From positions 248,001-312,000 of the forward strand of contig OZ287695.1 of assembly GCA_965649825.1 (NCBI GenBank): DNA of 64,000 nucleotides, given 5' to 3'. This DNA is from Penicillus capitatus. Lineage: Eukaryota > Plantae > Chlorophyta. The translations under genes and the position numbers were made by a program. The notes beneath the pieces were generated by a model. That model ran no database searches, was not told the DNA's origin, and saw only the letters and a program-made list of their open reading frames with translations. Positions 48,256-61,585 of this stretch are shown piece by piece. Every line of letters starts with the position of its first letter. The first letter of the stretch is position 1.

Positions 48256-50871
48256 ATACTTAGAGCATTACTGGACAATAAACAGAAATCGCCTCTTTGA
48301 CTCAAAGAGTTGTTTATAAGGCATCGCGAAAGACGAAAAGCCACAAAGGACACTTACCGATGACAGACGGTACGAAAGAGGATTCTTCCACTTTCGCAAG
48401 GGGAATTGCCGTCGACTTCAGTGGCTACTGTATACAGGCGGATAGGGATAGGGCCAGTTCCTCTACGATTAGGAGCAGGTGCCACGTCCTGTCGTCTCCG
48501 TTTTAGGATAAATGGTCGAACTATCGACTTACCCATTTCTTCGTCTGTCTGACAGCTATCTTCCTTGATTGCATGTTGAATTGAAAATGTCGGCGAGTTG
48601 CATAATGAACAACGACATGTGTAGCGTGGCCGACTGCGAGCGGCTGTGTTTCGCTTACCGTCCTTTTTTGATCGCTCTGAGTCTCAATGCACCTTACCCG
48701 AGAGTAGAATCTTTGATCTACAGCAGAAGCGAAGGAACTTTTTTTACTGTGACGAAAGGAACCTGCTTTATTCGTGAGTGTCGGGTATTGTCTATGGACG
48801 GCGTACATGTGAAAGTGTATCGCCACAGCTCAACATGATGACGATGGGAAAGTTCATCAAAGAGCAAACACGTTCGATACTTGACGGTCTTATGTTCACG
48901 ACCGACACAGACGAACAGACGTGATAGCACACATCCCAATGATCAAAACACATGACAGAGGGATGAACGAACTTTTTGTGTTCAAGAGTTGAACAGCTGG
49001 GTTGATGGTGGTCACCGAGTGTTCGTTTACTTCCATCCCTTCTGTGTTGTGACGCCTGGTCCGCTCACTTCCGTCTATCTCATGCTTACCTGACACACAA
49101 TGTGATGTGACCCAATCTGATGATAGGTGCAATTCTTCAGGTGCAAGTATCCCGCCGTCGCAAACTGAACCGAACCGACGCATTCTGGAATTCTGCAGAT
49201 GTCACACCCAACAAGAAAGCAATGCTGCCAATCCAATCTCGCCATCAGTCGTGTGTATCTCTGCGCATTCCGGCCTGTACAAATTTCAAAGTACAACTCT
49301 GTAGCGTCTCCTCTTTGTGTCCGACTGTGGCCATGAGGGGTGAGTGGTGTCTGTGCTCATTGGAGGCAGATGTGTTGATGCGACTGACGTCTGAGGGCAG
49401 AGTCGATGCAATTCCGACGAAACGAAGATCATTAACGCCATTTTCACGAGAGAGCGTCGGCTGTTGCATTGAAGGGGCGGACGTCGAAACTCTTGTGGTT
49501 CATATTCGAACCACTCGGGCAGAGAGGCGCAAAGCGCATTGAGAGACAATGCGTTTTGCTTTAACGCCGACGGCCGTTGTTCACTTCGGCGAACAGTCGA
49601 GCGCATTGTCGTGCGTTTCGCAGTGGAGTTCGGGTAAAGACTGAGCATTCGACCCAGTGGTCCATCTCAGAAGAGCGCCGGTAGCTCCATCATTGTTTCG
49701 GCGTTTTTGGCCGCTTACCGCTTCGCGTTGAACTACTTCGAATGCTATATCACTGGGTGCAACGGCCGATGGCCTCGAGCATGAAGGCCTGGGAGAACCA
49801 GTTTCGCAAAGTTGCCACAGTCACGGATCATGCATCCGTTCCCATCGGCAAAAAGAGATGTCCAGATTGTTACAAGATATTTGGACTGGTACGGGTGATC
49901 CAGAGACCAGAAAGAATGGACCTGTCGTTCGCCGCTCGTTCTGCTATTCTTTCTGTTCCGTTCGAAATAGAAAAGACTAATGCGCTGAAAGACACTGCAG
50001 AACCTCTGTGCTGACTCGATTTGAGTGTCAGTCACACTTCGGTCCTTTCCGCAGCCCTTGTCGGATTTACGACGCTCAAAGTGAGGCAATTCCCGTGGCT
50101 TAATGAGATCTTACTTTTCTTCTCTGTAGACTGGAGTAGGCACAGTGAAAACATCTCGATGCTTACCTACCGACTGACCGAATCAGAGGTGCTTTCGAGA
50201 ACATGAAGAGTACAGTGCTGTTCTGACGCTTTGCGATCACATGGTCTGAAATTCTGGTGTTCAGTCAGAACTTGATTTGTCGGGTGGCATGACCAACGAA
50301 TACTCCTCTGACGTGGCAGCAATGCAGACATCTGCTATTCGATTGCTTGACCATAATTACCTGCGTACTAGTTAATTGAGAATAATCTTTCGAGATCGTC
50401 TGCTTTTCTTCACTCCGATTTCAAATTGGAGAAGACGTCGACGACAACTGTCTTTTCCGTCACTTAGTCAGTGCTGGCGAGTCGAGTACCATTCTTGTTC
50501 CTACATATACATTCGATTCAAATCTCGTATCTGTTCGCTATCTGAAACATCCCTCTTTCCTACTCGCTCAACGCAGAGTTTATTCGGTCATCAAGTTCGA
50601 GTCGACAGCAAAGATAGGAGTCAGTCATTGTGAGCTGCAGAATGCCTACGCGGAAACAGCTCTGACGAGAGAATGAAATGCATCCATCTGCGATTCTCTA
50701 TTCCGCACGATTATCCGAATCTAAACGTCAATAAGCAGCATCTTTCGCGTCGTATCCGCCACTGCGAACTTTCTGCGAACTGCGTCTACCTCTGAAGCAA
50801 CAAGCAACAAGTTTGTTCTCTGCGTACCTTGCTACTAGGCGTCATGGAATTGGTTGTGTAGGTTGTTCAGC

Positions 50872-53800
50872 ATGCAATCCAAGTTTTCGAAAGAAGAACC
50901 GTCCGGCGGAGGACCGTCCGGGTCGGGAAGTGGCGGCAGGGTCCACATGCAAAACTTCAACATCCTAAAGAAAACTGGACCAATGCTTCTCCGCGCTGTC
51001 GCTAAGAAATACAACATATTGAACACCAAGTCGCTCGTCACAGCATACAACGCCACGACGGTTGCGAATGAGCGAGCCGTTCTTCTTGGATGGCTACGCA
51101 AGTATGGCGAAGGAAGCGACGAATGCCTCAAACCGAAAGCGGTCCTTGAGTATGCGGAATTGTTCAAAGTCGCCAATGTCTCCGAACAAGATGCCGACAT
51201 TCTGAGAAACTTGGTCTATGGTCTCGGGTCCCTCATCCGTCCGGGCGAATTTTCAGGCGAGAACGTTGCAAAGGCTCTGTTGAGCGCACTCACCTGGGTG
51301 GATTCTGCCGTTTATGATGACACCGCACAGCTGACGCATCTCGCTTATACTCTCGTATCCGGCCTATCCCGTTGGCCCAGGCTCACAAGACAGAACTTTC
51401 TCAAACACGAAGCAAATTTCCTCTGCATCCATCAGGTCTTTTTCCTCTTGCACAGCATCGGTCGTGGCTATTTGTGCGAGAAAGAGAAAAAAGAGTTTCG
51501 ACAAGTTGTGACGCAAAAAAGAGAAGACATGGAGATTTCTAATCTATTTTACCCGGTCTCTTTTCACTTTGACCTTATTCAGCAAGCCGTCGAGCGCTTG
51601 GAAATCGAAGACGCTCCGTCTCGACTCACAAAAGCGAAAAGATATGCCGCATCTGGACTCTATGGTGGGATGCATGTTCTCCACTTTCTCAGAAAATTGG
51701 CCGGTGGCGATGTCGATCCTACATCGATGGAGGATGCATACAGAAGAGGCCGAGCAGCAATTGCCAATGCAGGCGTGTTGGAGCGGGAGTGGTATGACAT
51801 ACTTCAGATTCTAACAGCGGCAAGGCTTGGAACGCTTAAAGAAGAGAAAAAGTGCGAACTCCTTGCACTTGCGTACGACGCGGCGATGGAAGGACAGCGC
51901 AAAACGACGACGGTGAATCATCAAAAAGCCTTGAGATTCGGTATCGTCCAAGAAATGAGGCTGTTGACAAGCGACAGGGACTCCTGTTACGATGGCCGCA
52001 AAATGGCGACCGATAAGCTCATCGAATTGGCGACAGATCAAGCAATCTCCGAGAACTGGATCCATGATGCAGATATCTTTACTGCGATTTTGGACGCTTT
52101 GCATCTGGTTTACCTGACGGGCGAAGAGAAACAAGAGACGGCCGAAGCGCTTCACAAGATACAGCAGTCTTGCGATGAACATGCCATAGGGACGTTGACA
52201 GTTTGGTTGGACGGCAATACCATAGAAGAGAAGCTTCAAATGCAACGCCAGGAACATACGGACGACGAGCATGGAGACCTCTTCGCCACGACAGGTGCAG
52301 CCGTCGGATATCTGCATCCGTCCACGATTCGTTCTAATGTCGAAGACCTCAAGAGAACATACCTACACGACAACTTTGCCACGGTGAGCGCCTTCGACAT
52401 TGTGTAAAACCAATAGAAATCGCATTCATGTTCAAGGTGCCTTCGTTGTTTGAACCAGAGACCCGCAGGCACGTGAAAGATATGGAGCATCACGTTGTCG
52501 TGTACGAAGAAATCATCGAGAAAAGAAGAATTGAGAGACGAGAGGAACAGCCTCAAGAAGGAGACAGAGGTGAAACGGAAACGGAAAGTTCCGCAATTCA
52601 GGACAGAGATGATTCGAAGGAATACTACGAACAAAGGAGAAAGGTCGCAACGCCCGTTTCGATAGAAGACTTGTTTAAACCGAGATCGTTGGAAGCCGGC
52701 GTCGACAAGAGCGAAATCCGAAGAGTGCTTCTTTACGGAAATCCAGGCTCGGGGAAGACCTGCATCAGCAAGGCCATCGCACACAAATGGGCACTCGGAG
52801 AGATGTTGCAAGACCTTGAAGCCATCTACGTGGTCCCGGTAAGACGTCTGAACGCTGCCAAAGCCAAAGGGGTACGGGGAGAGGCGCTCGAAGAAGTGAT
52901 AGCGCAAATGTGTTTCAAGCAAAAGAGAAGCGATGCCGAACTTGAAGAGTTGAAGACTCAAATCAACGATGATCTCGATGTGTCCAGCACATTGCTGGTG
53001 TTTGACGGATTGGACGAAGCCGATGACGATGCTAGAGATCTCCTTTCCGAGGCGGAGAGGGGCGGATGCAGACTTCTGGTACTCACACGACCCTACAACC
53101 TACGAGGGATACAGACCAAAGTCGACTGCCAGTTTGAGTGCCTTGGATTCAACGACCAGCAGCTCACAAACTACATAAACAAGGAACTGCAGCAAGACGA
53201 AGCCTCGAGACTCATTCACTCTTTGCAACAAGCTCGGGGCATGTGGGAAACCGCACACACCCCGGTGACGGCGCACATTCTCTGTTCCTTGTCCAAAGAA
53301 CACGGTACCTCCGCTGAGGATCAAGCCAAGAGGGCGAGCATGTTTCAGATCTACAACGGCATGACAGATTTTGTGTGGAAGAGGTTCAAGGAAAGGCCAG
53401 AAGCGAGAACGGCGAACAAGAATGTCGCTTTCGAAGATCTGGAGAAGATCGCTTTCGAAGCTCTTAGTAGTGGACAAATACTCATCGAGCAAGGAATCGT
53501 TGAGCGTTGTGCAACATCCACCAACGCATCAAAATTCTTCAAGCTAAGCGGATTCCTCTTGCTCGTGTTAGAGGGCCAACAGTATCAATTCCCTCACCTG
53601 ACCTTTCAAGAGTATTTCGGCGGAAGATACATCGCGAGAATGTTGAAGCAAAAAGAATCGGATGAGAAGACGAGAGTGCTCGATTTCATACGCGGGGGAA
53701 AGTATGACGAGAAGCATAAACTCACGCTAACCTTCGCAATGCATGCATTCGCGGATGGTCGAAGCAAACAAGCGTTGGTAGAGTTGCTTTCGATAATGGA

Positions 53801-56800
53801 CGAACAACCCGTCGAGGTTCTCGGGATACAGCATCTTTTTCTACAAATGCGAGTTCTCGAGGCAATCCTTGAAGAGACAGATGAAAAAGATCTGGAAGAC
53901 GTGCTAAACGACGAACACGCAATTAAACTCGTCGAAAGTGCTCGCCAACTGCTCGAGCGAACCGTCGACGACATTCTAATCCGTGAAATCGTAGTCAAGG
54001 AATTCCAACAATTGTCTCGCGTCTTAGAAGAATCTCCTCAAGTTCTTGATGACACCATCGATGAAGTGAAGACAATGCTGGGACATTTGAGAGAATTAAC
54101 GAGAATGGAAATGGATAAAATAACAGATGTGTTGAAGCTCGCAAGAAACTCTTCGAAGCACTGCAACGAAATATGGCAATTCCTCGCTCAAGAAGTAAAA
54201 CCGCCAAAGTATTGGTGCCATATAAGCGAGAGCATAAGAAGATTGAATTTTATGGCAGAACAGATACCCCGACAAATTGTCGAGTGTCTGCCGACGCTGG
54301 CGAAGGGCTGCGGCGACAAATATAGAGACGACGTGCGTCGGGATGCTATGGGCATCATCGGCCGCGTCGTCGCGGCGGCGCCGGCGCACGCCATCGAGTG
54401 TCTGCCGACGCTGGCGAAGGGGTGCGGCGACGAAGATAGAGAAGTGCGTCAGAAGGCTATGGAGGCCATCGGCCGCCTCGTCGCGGCGGCGCCGCAGCAC
54501 GCCGTCGAGTGTCTGCCGAGTCTGGCGAAGGGGTGCGGCGACGAAGATATAGAAGTGCGTCAGAAGGCTATGGAGGCCATCGGCCGCGTCGTCGCGGCGT
54601 CGCCGCAGCACGCCGTCGAGTATCTGTCGACGCTGGCGAAGAGGTGCGGCGATCAAAACTGGCACGTGCGTCAGGCGGCTATGGAGGCCATCGGCCGCGT
54701 CGTCGCGGCGTCGCCGCAGCACGCCGTCGAGTGTCTGCCGACGCTGGCGAAGGGGTGCGGCGACGGAGTCTTGGACGTGCGTCAGAAGGCTATGAAGGCC
54801 ATCGGCCGCGTCGTCGCGGCGTCGCCGCAGCACGCCGTCGAGTGTCTGCCGAGTCTGGCGAAGGGGTGCGGCGACAAATACTGGCGCGTGCGTCAGGCGG
54901 CTATGGAGGCCATCGGCCGCGTCGTCGCGGCGTCGCCGCAGCACGCCGTCGAGTGTCTGCCGAGTCTGGCGAAGGGGTGCGGCGACGAAGATAGAGAAGC
55001 GCGTGAGGGGGCTATGGAGGCCATCGGCCGCGTCGTCGCGGCGTCGCCGCAGCACGCCGTCGAGTGTCTGCCGAGTCTGGCGAAGGGGTGCGGCGACGAA
55101 GATAGAGAAGTGCGTGAGAGGGCTATGGAGGCCATCGGCCGCGTCGTCGCGGCGGCACCGCAGCACGCCGTCGAGTGTCTGCCGAGTCTGGCGAAGGGGT
55201 GCGGTGACGGAGTCTTGGACGTGCGTCAGAAGGCTATGGAGGCCATCGGCCGCGTCGTCGCGGCGGCACCGCAGCACGCCGTCGAGTGTCTGCCGAGTCT
55301 GGCGAAGAGGTGCGGCGACGAAGATAGAGAAGTGCGTGAGAGGGCTATGGAGGCCATCGGCCGCGTCGTCGCGGCGTCGCCGCAGCACGCCGTCGAGTGT
55401 CTGCCGAGTCTGGCGAAGGGGTGCGGTGATGGAGTCTCGGACGTGCGTCAGAAGGCTATGGAGGGCATCGGCCGCGTCGTCGCGGCGGCACCGCAGCACG
55501 CCGTCGAGTGTCTGCCGAGTCTGGCGAAGGGGTGCGGTGATGGAGTCTCGGACGTGCGTCAGAAGGCTATGGAGGCCATAGGCCGCGTCGTCGCGGCGTC
55601 GCCGCAGCACGCCGTCGAGTGTCTGCTGACGCTGGCGAAGGGGTGCGGCGACAAATACTGGCGCGTGCGTCAAGCGGCTATGGAGGCCATCGGCCGCGTC
55701 GTCGCGGCGGCACCGCAGCACGCCGTCGAGTGTCTGCCGACGCTGGCGAAGGTGTGCGGCGACTATAATGAAGACGTGCGTCAGCAGGCTATGAGCATCA
55801 TCGGCCGCGTCGTCGCGGCGGCGCCGCAGCGCGTCGTCGAGTATCTGTGGACGCTGGCGAAGGTGTGCGGCGACTATAATGAAGACGTGCGTCAGCAGGC
55901 TATGGGCATCATCGGCCGCGTCGTCGCGGCGGCGCCGCAGCACGTCGTCGAGTATCTGTGGACGCTGGCGAAGAGGTGCGGCGACGAAGATAGAGAAGTG
56001 CGTGAGAGAGCTATGGAGGCCATCGGCCGCCTCGTCGCGGCGGCACCGCAGCACGCCGTCGAGTGTCTGCCGAGTCTGGCGAAGGGATGCGGCGACGAAG
56101 ATAGAGAAGTGCGTGAGAGGGCTATGGAGGCCATCGGCCGCGTCGTCGCGGCGGCACCGCAGCACGCCGTCGAGTGTCTGCCGAGTCTGGCGAAGGGATG
56201 CGGCGACGAAGATAGAGAAGTGCGTGAGAGGGCTATGGAGGCCATCGGCCGCGTCGTCGCGGCGGCACCGCAGCACGCCGTCGAGTGTCTGCCGAGTCTG
56301 GCGAAGGGATGCGGCGACGAAAATAGAGAAGTGCGTGAGAGGGCTATGGAGGCCATCGGCCGCGTCGTCGCGGCGGCACCGCAGCACGCCGTCGAGTGTC
56401 TGCCGACGCTGGCGAAGGTGTGCGGCGACGAAGATAGAGAAGTGCGTGAGAGGGCTATGGAGGCCATCGGCCGCGTCGTCGCGGCGTCGCCGCAGCACGC
56501 CGTCGAGTGTCTGCCGAGTCTGGCGAAGGGGTGCGGCGACGAAGATAGAGAAGTGCGTGAGAGGGCTATGGAGGCCATCGGCCGCGTCGTCGCGACGTCG
56601 CCGCAGCACGCCGTCGAGTGTCTGCCGAGTCTGGCGAAGGGATGCGGCGACGAAGATGAAGACGTTCGTAAAGCTGCAAGAAAGTCATTAGGAAACGTGA
56701 ATATCAAAGAATCTGTCGCTTCGGTAATTTCGTTTCTATCTACTAACAAAGAAGGGTTGTTACTTATCTTTGTGCAAAACGCATTCACATTAGGTCCTTC

Positions 56801-56960
56801 TACGAAACTTAAAACAGTTCCTTTTGTGTTGCATTCAACCTTTCCACAAGAGATTGGAAAATGGAAGAAGGAAGCAATTGATGTGTTCGTTGGGTGTTTG
56901 AAACAAAAATGCGATGAAGAGTTTCCCGGGCTTCTTGAGAACATCTGCATCGGAGAATAG
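50872..56960 (+). CDS. NLR-like STAND protein, copy 3: helical N-terminal domain + NACHT + 22 HEAT units + cap (2 exons, about 2011 aa)
   Basis: Exon 1 50872-52383 (504 codons), 53-nt intron, exon 2 52437-56960; same NACHT motifs as copy 2. Confidence 0.92.
54276..56700 (+). repeat. HEAT array of NLR copy 3: 21 full + 1 partial units (first unit 38 aa)
   Basis: Counted in the 1510-aa ORF; length difference from copy 2 (186 aa) equals 5 x 37 + 1. Confidence 0.95.
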
Positions 56961-59599
56961 GTTAAAAAAGCATGCTTTTTATTCGGTAATTTGTGTCTAC
57001 TGGAGAACACTATTCTACGTCGCTTTTGAATCACTCTGATAAAGTCTTCTGTTACGGAAGCATTATTCTCTTTGTTATCCGTGCAAAGGTTCTAAAAAAG
57101 ATAACGCATCTATTCTACGCGTCTGTTTTTCTATATTGTCAAGCTGAAGTGGACGGTTTGTTTGGCGTGTCGTGTCAAGGGCTCGATCAACTTAATCGGC
57201 TTATGCATTTGAGGAACTATTAATTGGCTGTGTGAGGATGGTGTGTCAAACTTGCAAGAAAGTTTGACTTTGACTATCTGCCATCAAGGGCGAATGTAGA
57301 CCCGTCTCTGGCTTTGCGAATCTCGGGCGTCATTTCCTCGCGATTAACGATAATCGACGATTACAAAAAAAGCAAGCACCAAGTGAAGATCTATTGTTCG
57401 TACTATTCTTTCGTATTCGTTTTCATCATTCGTCAGCTTAGCACCAACCTTTGTTTACTACGTCTCTGAAGTCAACAGCTGTTGGTATCGTTTGCACCAT
57501 TGGCACTCGCGTTTATACCATTCTGCTACAGCGTAACATGACGTGTCTAGTATTCCCGGTTCTCTAGATTGAATGTGCGCGCCATTGTTCGAGTCATGCT
57601 TCTCATATTCTGCACGATCTAGGGTCTTCGCCGTCTTCGTTCAACACATTGAGAAGTACACTGATGTCATCATGCCTCTCACGATGTCGTTCGTCATAGC
57701 AGAGGACAACGATTCGTTGGGGCGCGTATGATTCAGCAGGCGCTGCAAGGCAGGAAAGATAACTCAATTTGCGATGCTGTTCGCCGAAGGTAATGTGAAC
57801 ATCAAGCTGCCGAGATGTCTTTGTCCAGATGATTTTAGAGGCAAAGTCGTGTTGTTCAGTTTCGGCCAAGTCCGACGATGACGTTCTATCATTAAATTCT
57901 CAATTATTAGAATTACCGTTATGGAGGACACGCTTTTTTGAAACATCACCACATCGGCGATTGTTAGAGTTGTTTCCGTGAACATTGTCAAGAAAGGTTC
58001 CATCCACGTGGAGCAGATCAGATTTGGAGAACCGTTGAAAAATTGAAGCGTCAGATTGGTATACGGATGGTTGTGTTTTTGAGTTTCTTTCTGAATCCTT
58101 TTTCGTCTGTCTGCTTTGCGTCGATCTTGACAGATGCAACCGATCCTACTATCACTAGTGTTTCCGAAAACGCGTATTCCAAAGTTGAAAGCGACATCTC
58201 AAGCCACAAAAACACTTGCCCGTGACCCAGTACAAGCGTCGGCCACCAACGCGGACGAAGAATTTAATCGCGTTCGCAGAACGCTCGCTGCCCTGTTTCA
58301 TCGACATCATGTGCCGCAAAGATCATTCGCTGTGTTTCCGCAGAAGGGCGTTGTCGGCGAACAAGGTAACGAGGAAACAGATGATGCTTACACGACGAAA
58401 ACTGAGACATTATTCCACGTCTATCCACGTACGTCTCAGCACTGTCGATTCACAGCGCAAATGTCGTTGGACGATGAACAGCTTGGATCTCATACGGCTC
58501 AATCGTTTCGTCCAACTACGAGGAGTATCATTGAACCGGGGGTTTCACACGGGGTTTCTACAACAGTATATTTCATGGTTCACACTTACGAGGGATATGT
58601 AGGTCGAGCATTGCCGTTGCTGTAAGATTTGCTCGGAAAGTTAAGCAGTGCGCTGTTACTACCACGAAGTCAAGGAAGGAAGAAGAACTGAGGAAGAAGA
58701 TGATATCATGACATGAAGCATGACGCCATCATAACGGCATGCTAGAAAACCATATAAAAGGGGGTGTTTCGAACAATCGATATCTCTGTAACAACGAACG
58801 TTCTGTTTATTCCAACAGTTTGATTTTTACGCGTATCAGCGCGTTTGCGGTTCGCTGTTCGTATGCAAAAACGTACAGAACACCGTTACAAATCTGTGAT
58901 CGTGCGAGTCCGTTTTAATGTTTGTTTTTTCTAGATTGTTCTCATCGTATTCCATCAGAACACTGTGCAGCGTATTGATACACGAGAAGAACTCCGGTAA
59001 AAAACTTCGATGCAGCGAAAAACCGAATCGTTTACAATAATCGAATGTTTCAACAGAACCCTCTTTTTATGTGTCTCCGTGCATGACGTTATGCCTTTCG
59101 CTGTGACTGCGTCATGCGGCACGTCACGCTGGCTGCTTGATGTGACTACCCCTTCTTGTCCCTCACCATCCCCGTCATAGTATTTGTTTTTTGTCGAATG
59201 CGTGCCGCCTTTGAGGGCTGCTGCGTCATCTCGTGCAGATTTCTTCCGATTCTAATTTCCAGATTCGATCCATCACTCGGTACACCTGTCAACACTCGGA
59301 TGGCATCGTGTATCGTCGTGCATCCGGCTACACATTCCCTCCGTTTGCTTCAATGAAATGGTCGTTCACATAATCGCGTGGCGAATCAAAGCAAATAACA
59401 GAGCGTCGTGGTTGGAAGACGGCGTCTAAAGCCTCATGACGACGACGAAGGACAGCACGCCAATCACGTCAAAGCAGCCAACGATCCTAAGTCCAATTTC
59501 TTGCATCTCGTAGAGGGAACGAACGCTTTGTTGTACGGCGGTGGAATTGACGAATGACTTTTTGTTGTTGTGAAGAACTCCCTTCAGCGGCCTGACCCT

Positions 59600-59867
59600 C
59601 CACCTCCCTTATGATATCCTCTGCAAGACACGTATCTCTCCCTCTCCATCCTGGCCAGGGAGATGCGGAAGAAGAGAGTTGGCGCCTGAATCGTCTCCGT
59701 ATTGGCTATATCTCACAAGCGTAGCGGAGATCTTGAAGCTGTGAAGATTCATCTTGCCAGGAATTCTTGGCCACCTCCGTCTTGATGTCTTCCGCCCGTA
59801 CTTGACGGACAGGAGGCTGTGGTACACTTGGCAAGACCGGGCCTTCGACGTCTCCGGAATGACTCAT
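59600..59867 (-). pseudogene. Two nested 'MSxxGD' fragments: MSHSGDVEGP... (stops early) followed by an SQYGDDSGAN... copy that has lost its ATG
   Basis: ATG 59867; second copy reads gcttgtgagaTATAGCCAATACGGAGAC versus gtttgtgaaATGAGCCAACACGGGGAC at 40695. Confidence 0.6.
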
Positions 59868-60330
59868 TTCACAAGCGCAGCGGAAGTCTTGTATTGAGTG
59901 ATGAGCGGTTTCCTGAGGTTTCAGCGACGTTTGGGATTGCAGCCGAGAGACAACTTGTTACAACCGATGAGAGACAGGGAATGTTCTTTGTAAGATAAAA
60001 ACGGATTGTATTTGAGTCACCAATGACAATAGGAACTTGAGTGTCAAACGAAAGATACTTTATGTGTCCGAGCCCCGCTTAAATACTCCATCCCTGATGT
60101 GACGACAGGAAAAATAGATAAACTTTAAGAGTGAGTTCGCAATGAGATTCACAATGAGACTAGGAAGTACTACCTGAAGTTCTAGAAGCTTCCTAGGAAC
60201 TACGCCGGAACTCACTCCCAGTCAGCGTGACTTGTCCGCGACTCGGCGGCGACGGTTACGAAAGACACAATTGACAGAAATGCAATCTATTAACGCGTCG
60301 TCCCATCACAGTTCCTCCAGAATTGCGCCA
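59868..60330 (-). promoter_or_regulatory. Dispersed upstream module, instance III, with TATTTAA (60079-60085) and a perfect 3-unit heat-shock element TTCtaGAAgcTTC (60180-60192)
   Basis: Read directly; spacing to the ATG matches instances II and V. Confidence 0.55.
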
Positions 60331-60624
60331 TTCTTTTACAGAAGCAAGATGAGGATGGGCAAGGATATCGGAGACTACGCCACAGGTTGCAGCAAAGAGA
60401 CAGATTGTTACAACGATGAAAGACTACAGACGTTTTTGACAGACAGGTTGTGTATAATTCACAGACACAAGTGTACACTCAAATGTCAAGCGAAAGATGT
60501 TTTATGTGTCCTGCCCTCGCTTAAATACTCAATCCCCGATGTGACGGCAAAAAACATATAAAGTTTACAAGCGAGTTCCCGATGAGATTCTAGAAGCTTC
60601 TAAGAAACTTTGGTACGAACTGCA
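60331..60624 (-). repeat. Dispersed upstream module, instance IV (no ORF start), perfect HSE at 60588-60600, interrupted by the solo LTR; resumes at about 61245
   Basis: cgcttaaatactc and ttctagaagcttc present; aagaactcactcctaatcagc after the LTR continues the module. Confidence 0.7.
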
Positions 60625-61239
60625 TGTCGCCAAAATCGCCCTCGATTATGGCGAGAATGACTGTTTTGATCGTGGCGAAGCGACTGCCTCGATTGAAACG
60701 GGTTCACTTCGCCAAGGGGCACTTGGAGTCGTGTCAGAGGGGACCTTGTGCCGCGAAAGGGTCCTTTTCTCTGGCTCTGGCGATCGGTTGAATCATCTGC
60801 CTAGAAGGTCGCATCACTTGGACCGAATAAAAGGCTTAGAATTCGCCATTTTGTCTGTCTCTTTGACATTGCCATTGTAACACCTTCTGTTGCCTACGCT
60901 GTTAGCCTTGTGTCCGTCACTCTGGCCAAAGACGAACATAACGTTCGACGAGCGACGGTCCCGTACGCGCCACTTTATCCAACGTTCGAGGAGTCCCTGA
61001 ATCGTTTTCGTCGAGGCGAACAATCAGAGCTTATTCAGAGGGGTGCTGAGCGCGTGGTTCATAACGTTGGGGCCTACGATACTCGACAAAGCTCCGAAGA
61101 CGGAAGCGTTAGCCGAGTAGTCATTCACCCAGCGGATATTCCCTCGGCAGGCCCTCAGGAGCAATCCATAGACATCGAAGTCCGACCAACCCCCCCCCAG
61201 TCGGCTGCGAAGGCCCACCGAATCAACCAGAAGGCAACA
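60625..61239 (+). mobile_element. Solo LTR A (615 bp) with 5-bp target-site duplication CTGCA
   Basis: CTGCA 60620-60624 and 61240-61244; termini TGTCGCC...GGCAACA (6/7 inverted); AATAAAA 60826 and TGTAA 60876 inside; homologous to LTR B. Confidence 0.8.
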
Positions 61240-61261
61240 CTGCATAAGAACTCACTCCTAA

Positions 61262-61585
61262 TCAGCCCGACTCACGCCTACTCACCGCGAAAGGCACGAG
61301 AAAGATGAAATGTGACGGAGATTGTGTGACAACTTGCTTGAAGACGGAGTCGAAACCTGCGCGACGAACGAACGGAATCGCAATCAGATTTTCAGACACG
61401 AACGAACATGAGATAAATGACAGGCGACTGTCGACATTAAGTACACAGGGTGGTTGGTGTGAAGATTCATCCTTCCCGGCCTTCTTGCCGACCTCCGTCA
61501 CGATGTCTTCCGCCCTTACTTTGTGGACGGGTGGTGGCGGCACACTCGGCAGGACCGGGCCTTCGACGTCTCCGGAATGACTCAT
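61262..61585 (-). other. Small 'MSxxGD' family ORF (MSHSGDVEGPVLPSVPPPP...)
   Basis: Near-identical N-terminus to the 59867 copy. Confidence 0.4.

Larger units (their letters stand above)
49020..59545 (+). repeat. Segmental duplication, copy B (contains NLR copy 3; extra ~345 nt near 58620-58962 and 5 extra HEAT units)
   Basis: Collinear with 28920-38515. Confidence 0.92.

Noticed and set aside
54096-56609. 837-aa antisense ORF (and other alternate-frame ORFs) over the copy 3 array
   Set aside because: Same repeat-shadow artefact.
58620-58962. ~345-bp sequence present only in duplication copy B, tested as a solo LTR or MITE
   Set aside because: Only 3-bp TGT...ACA ends and no matching target-site duplication; may equally be a deletion in copy A.
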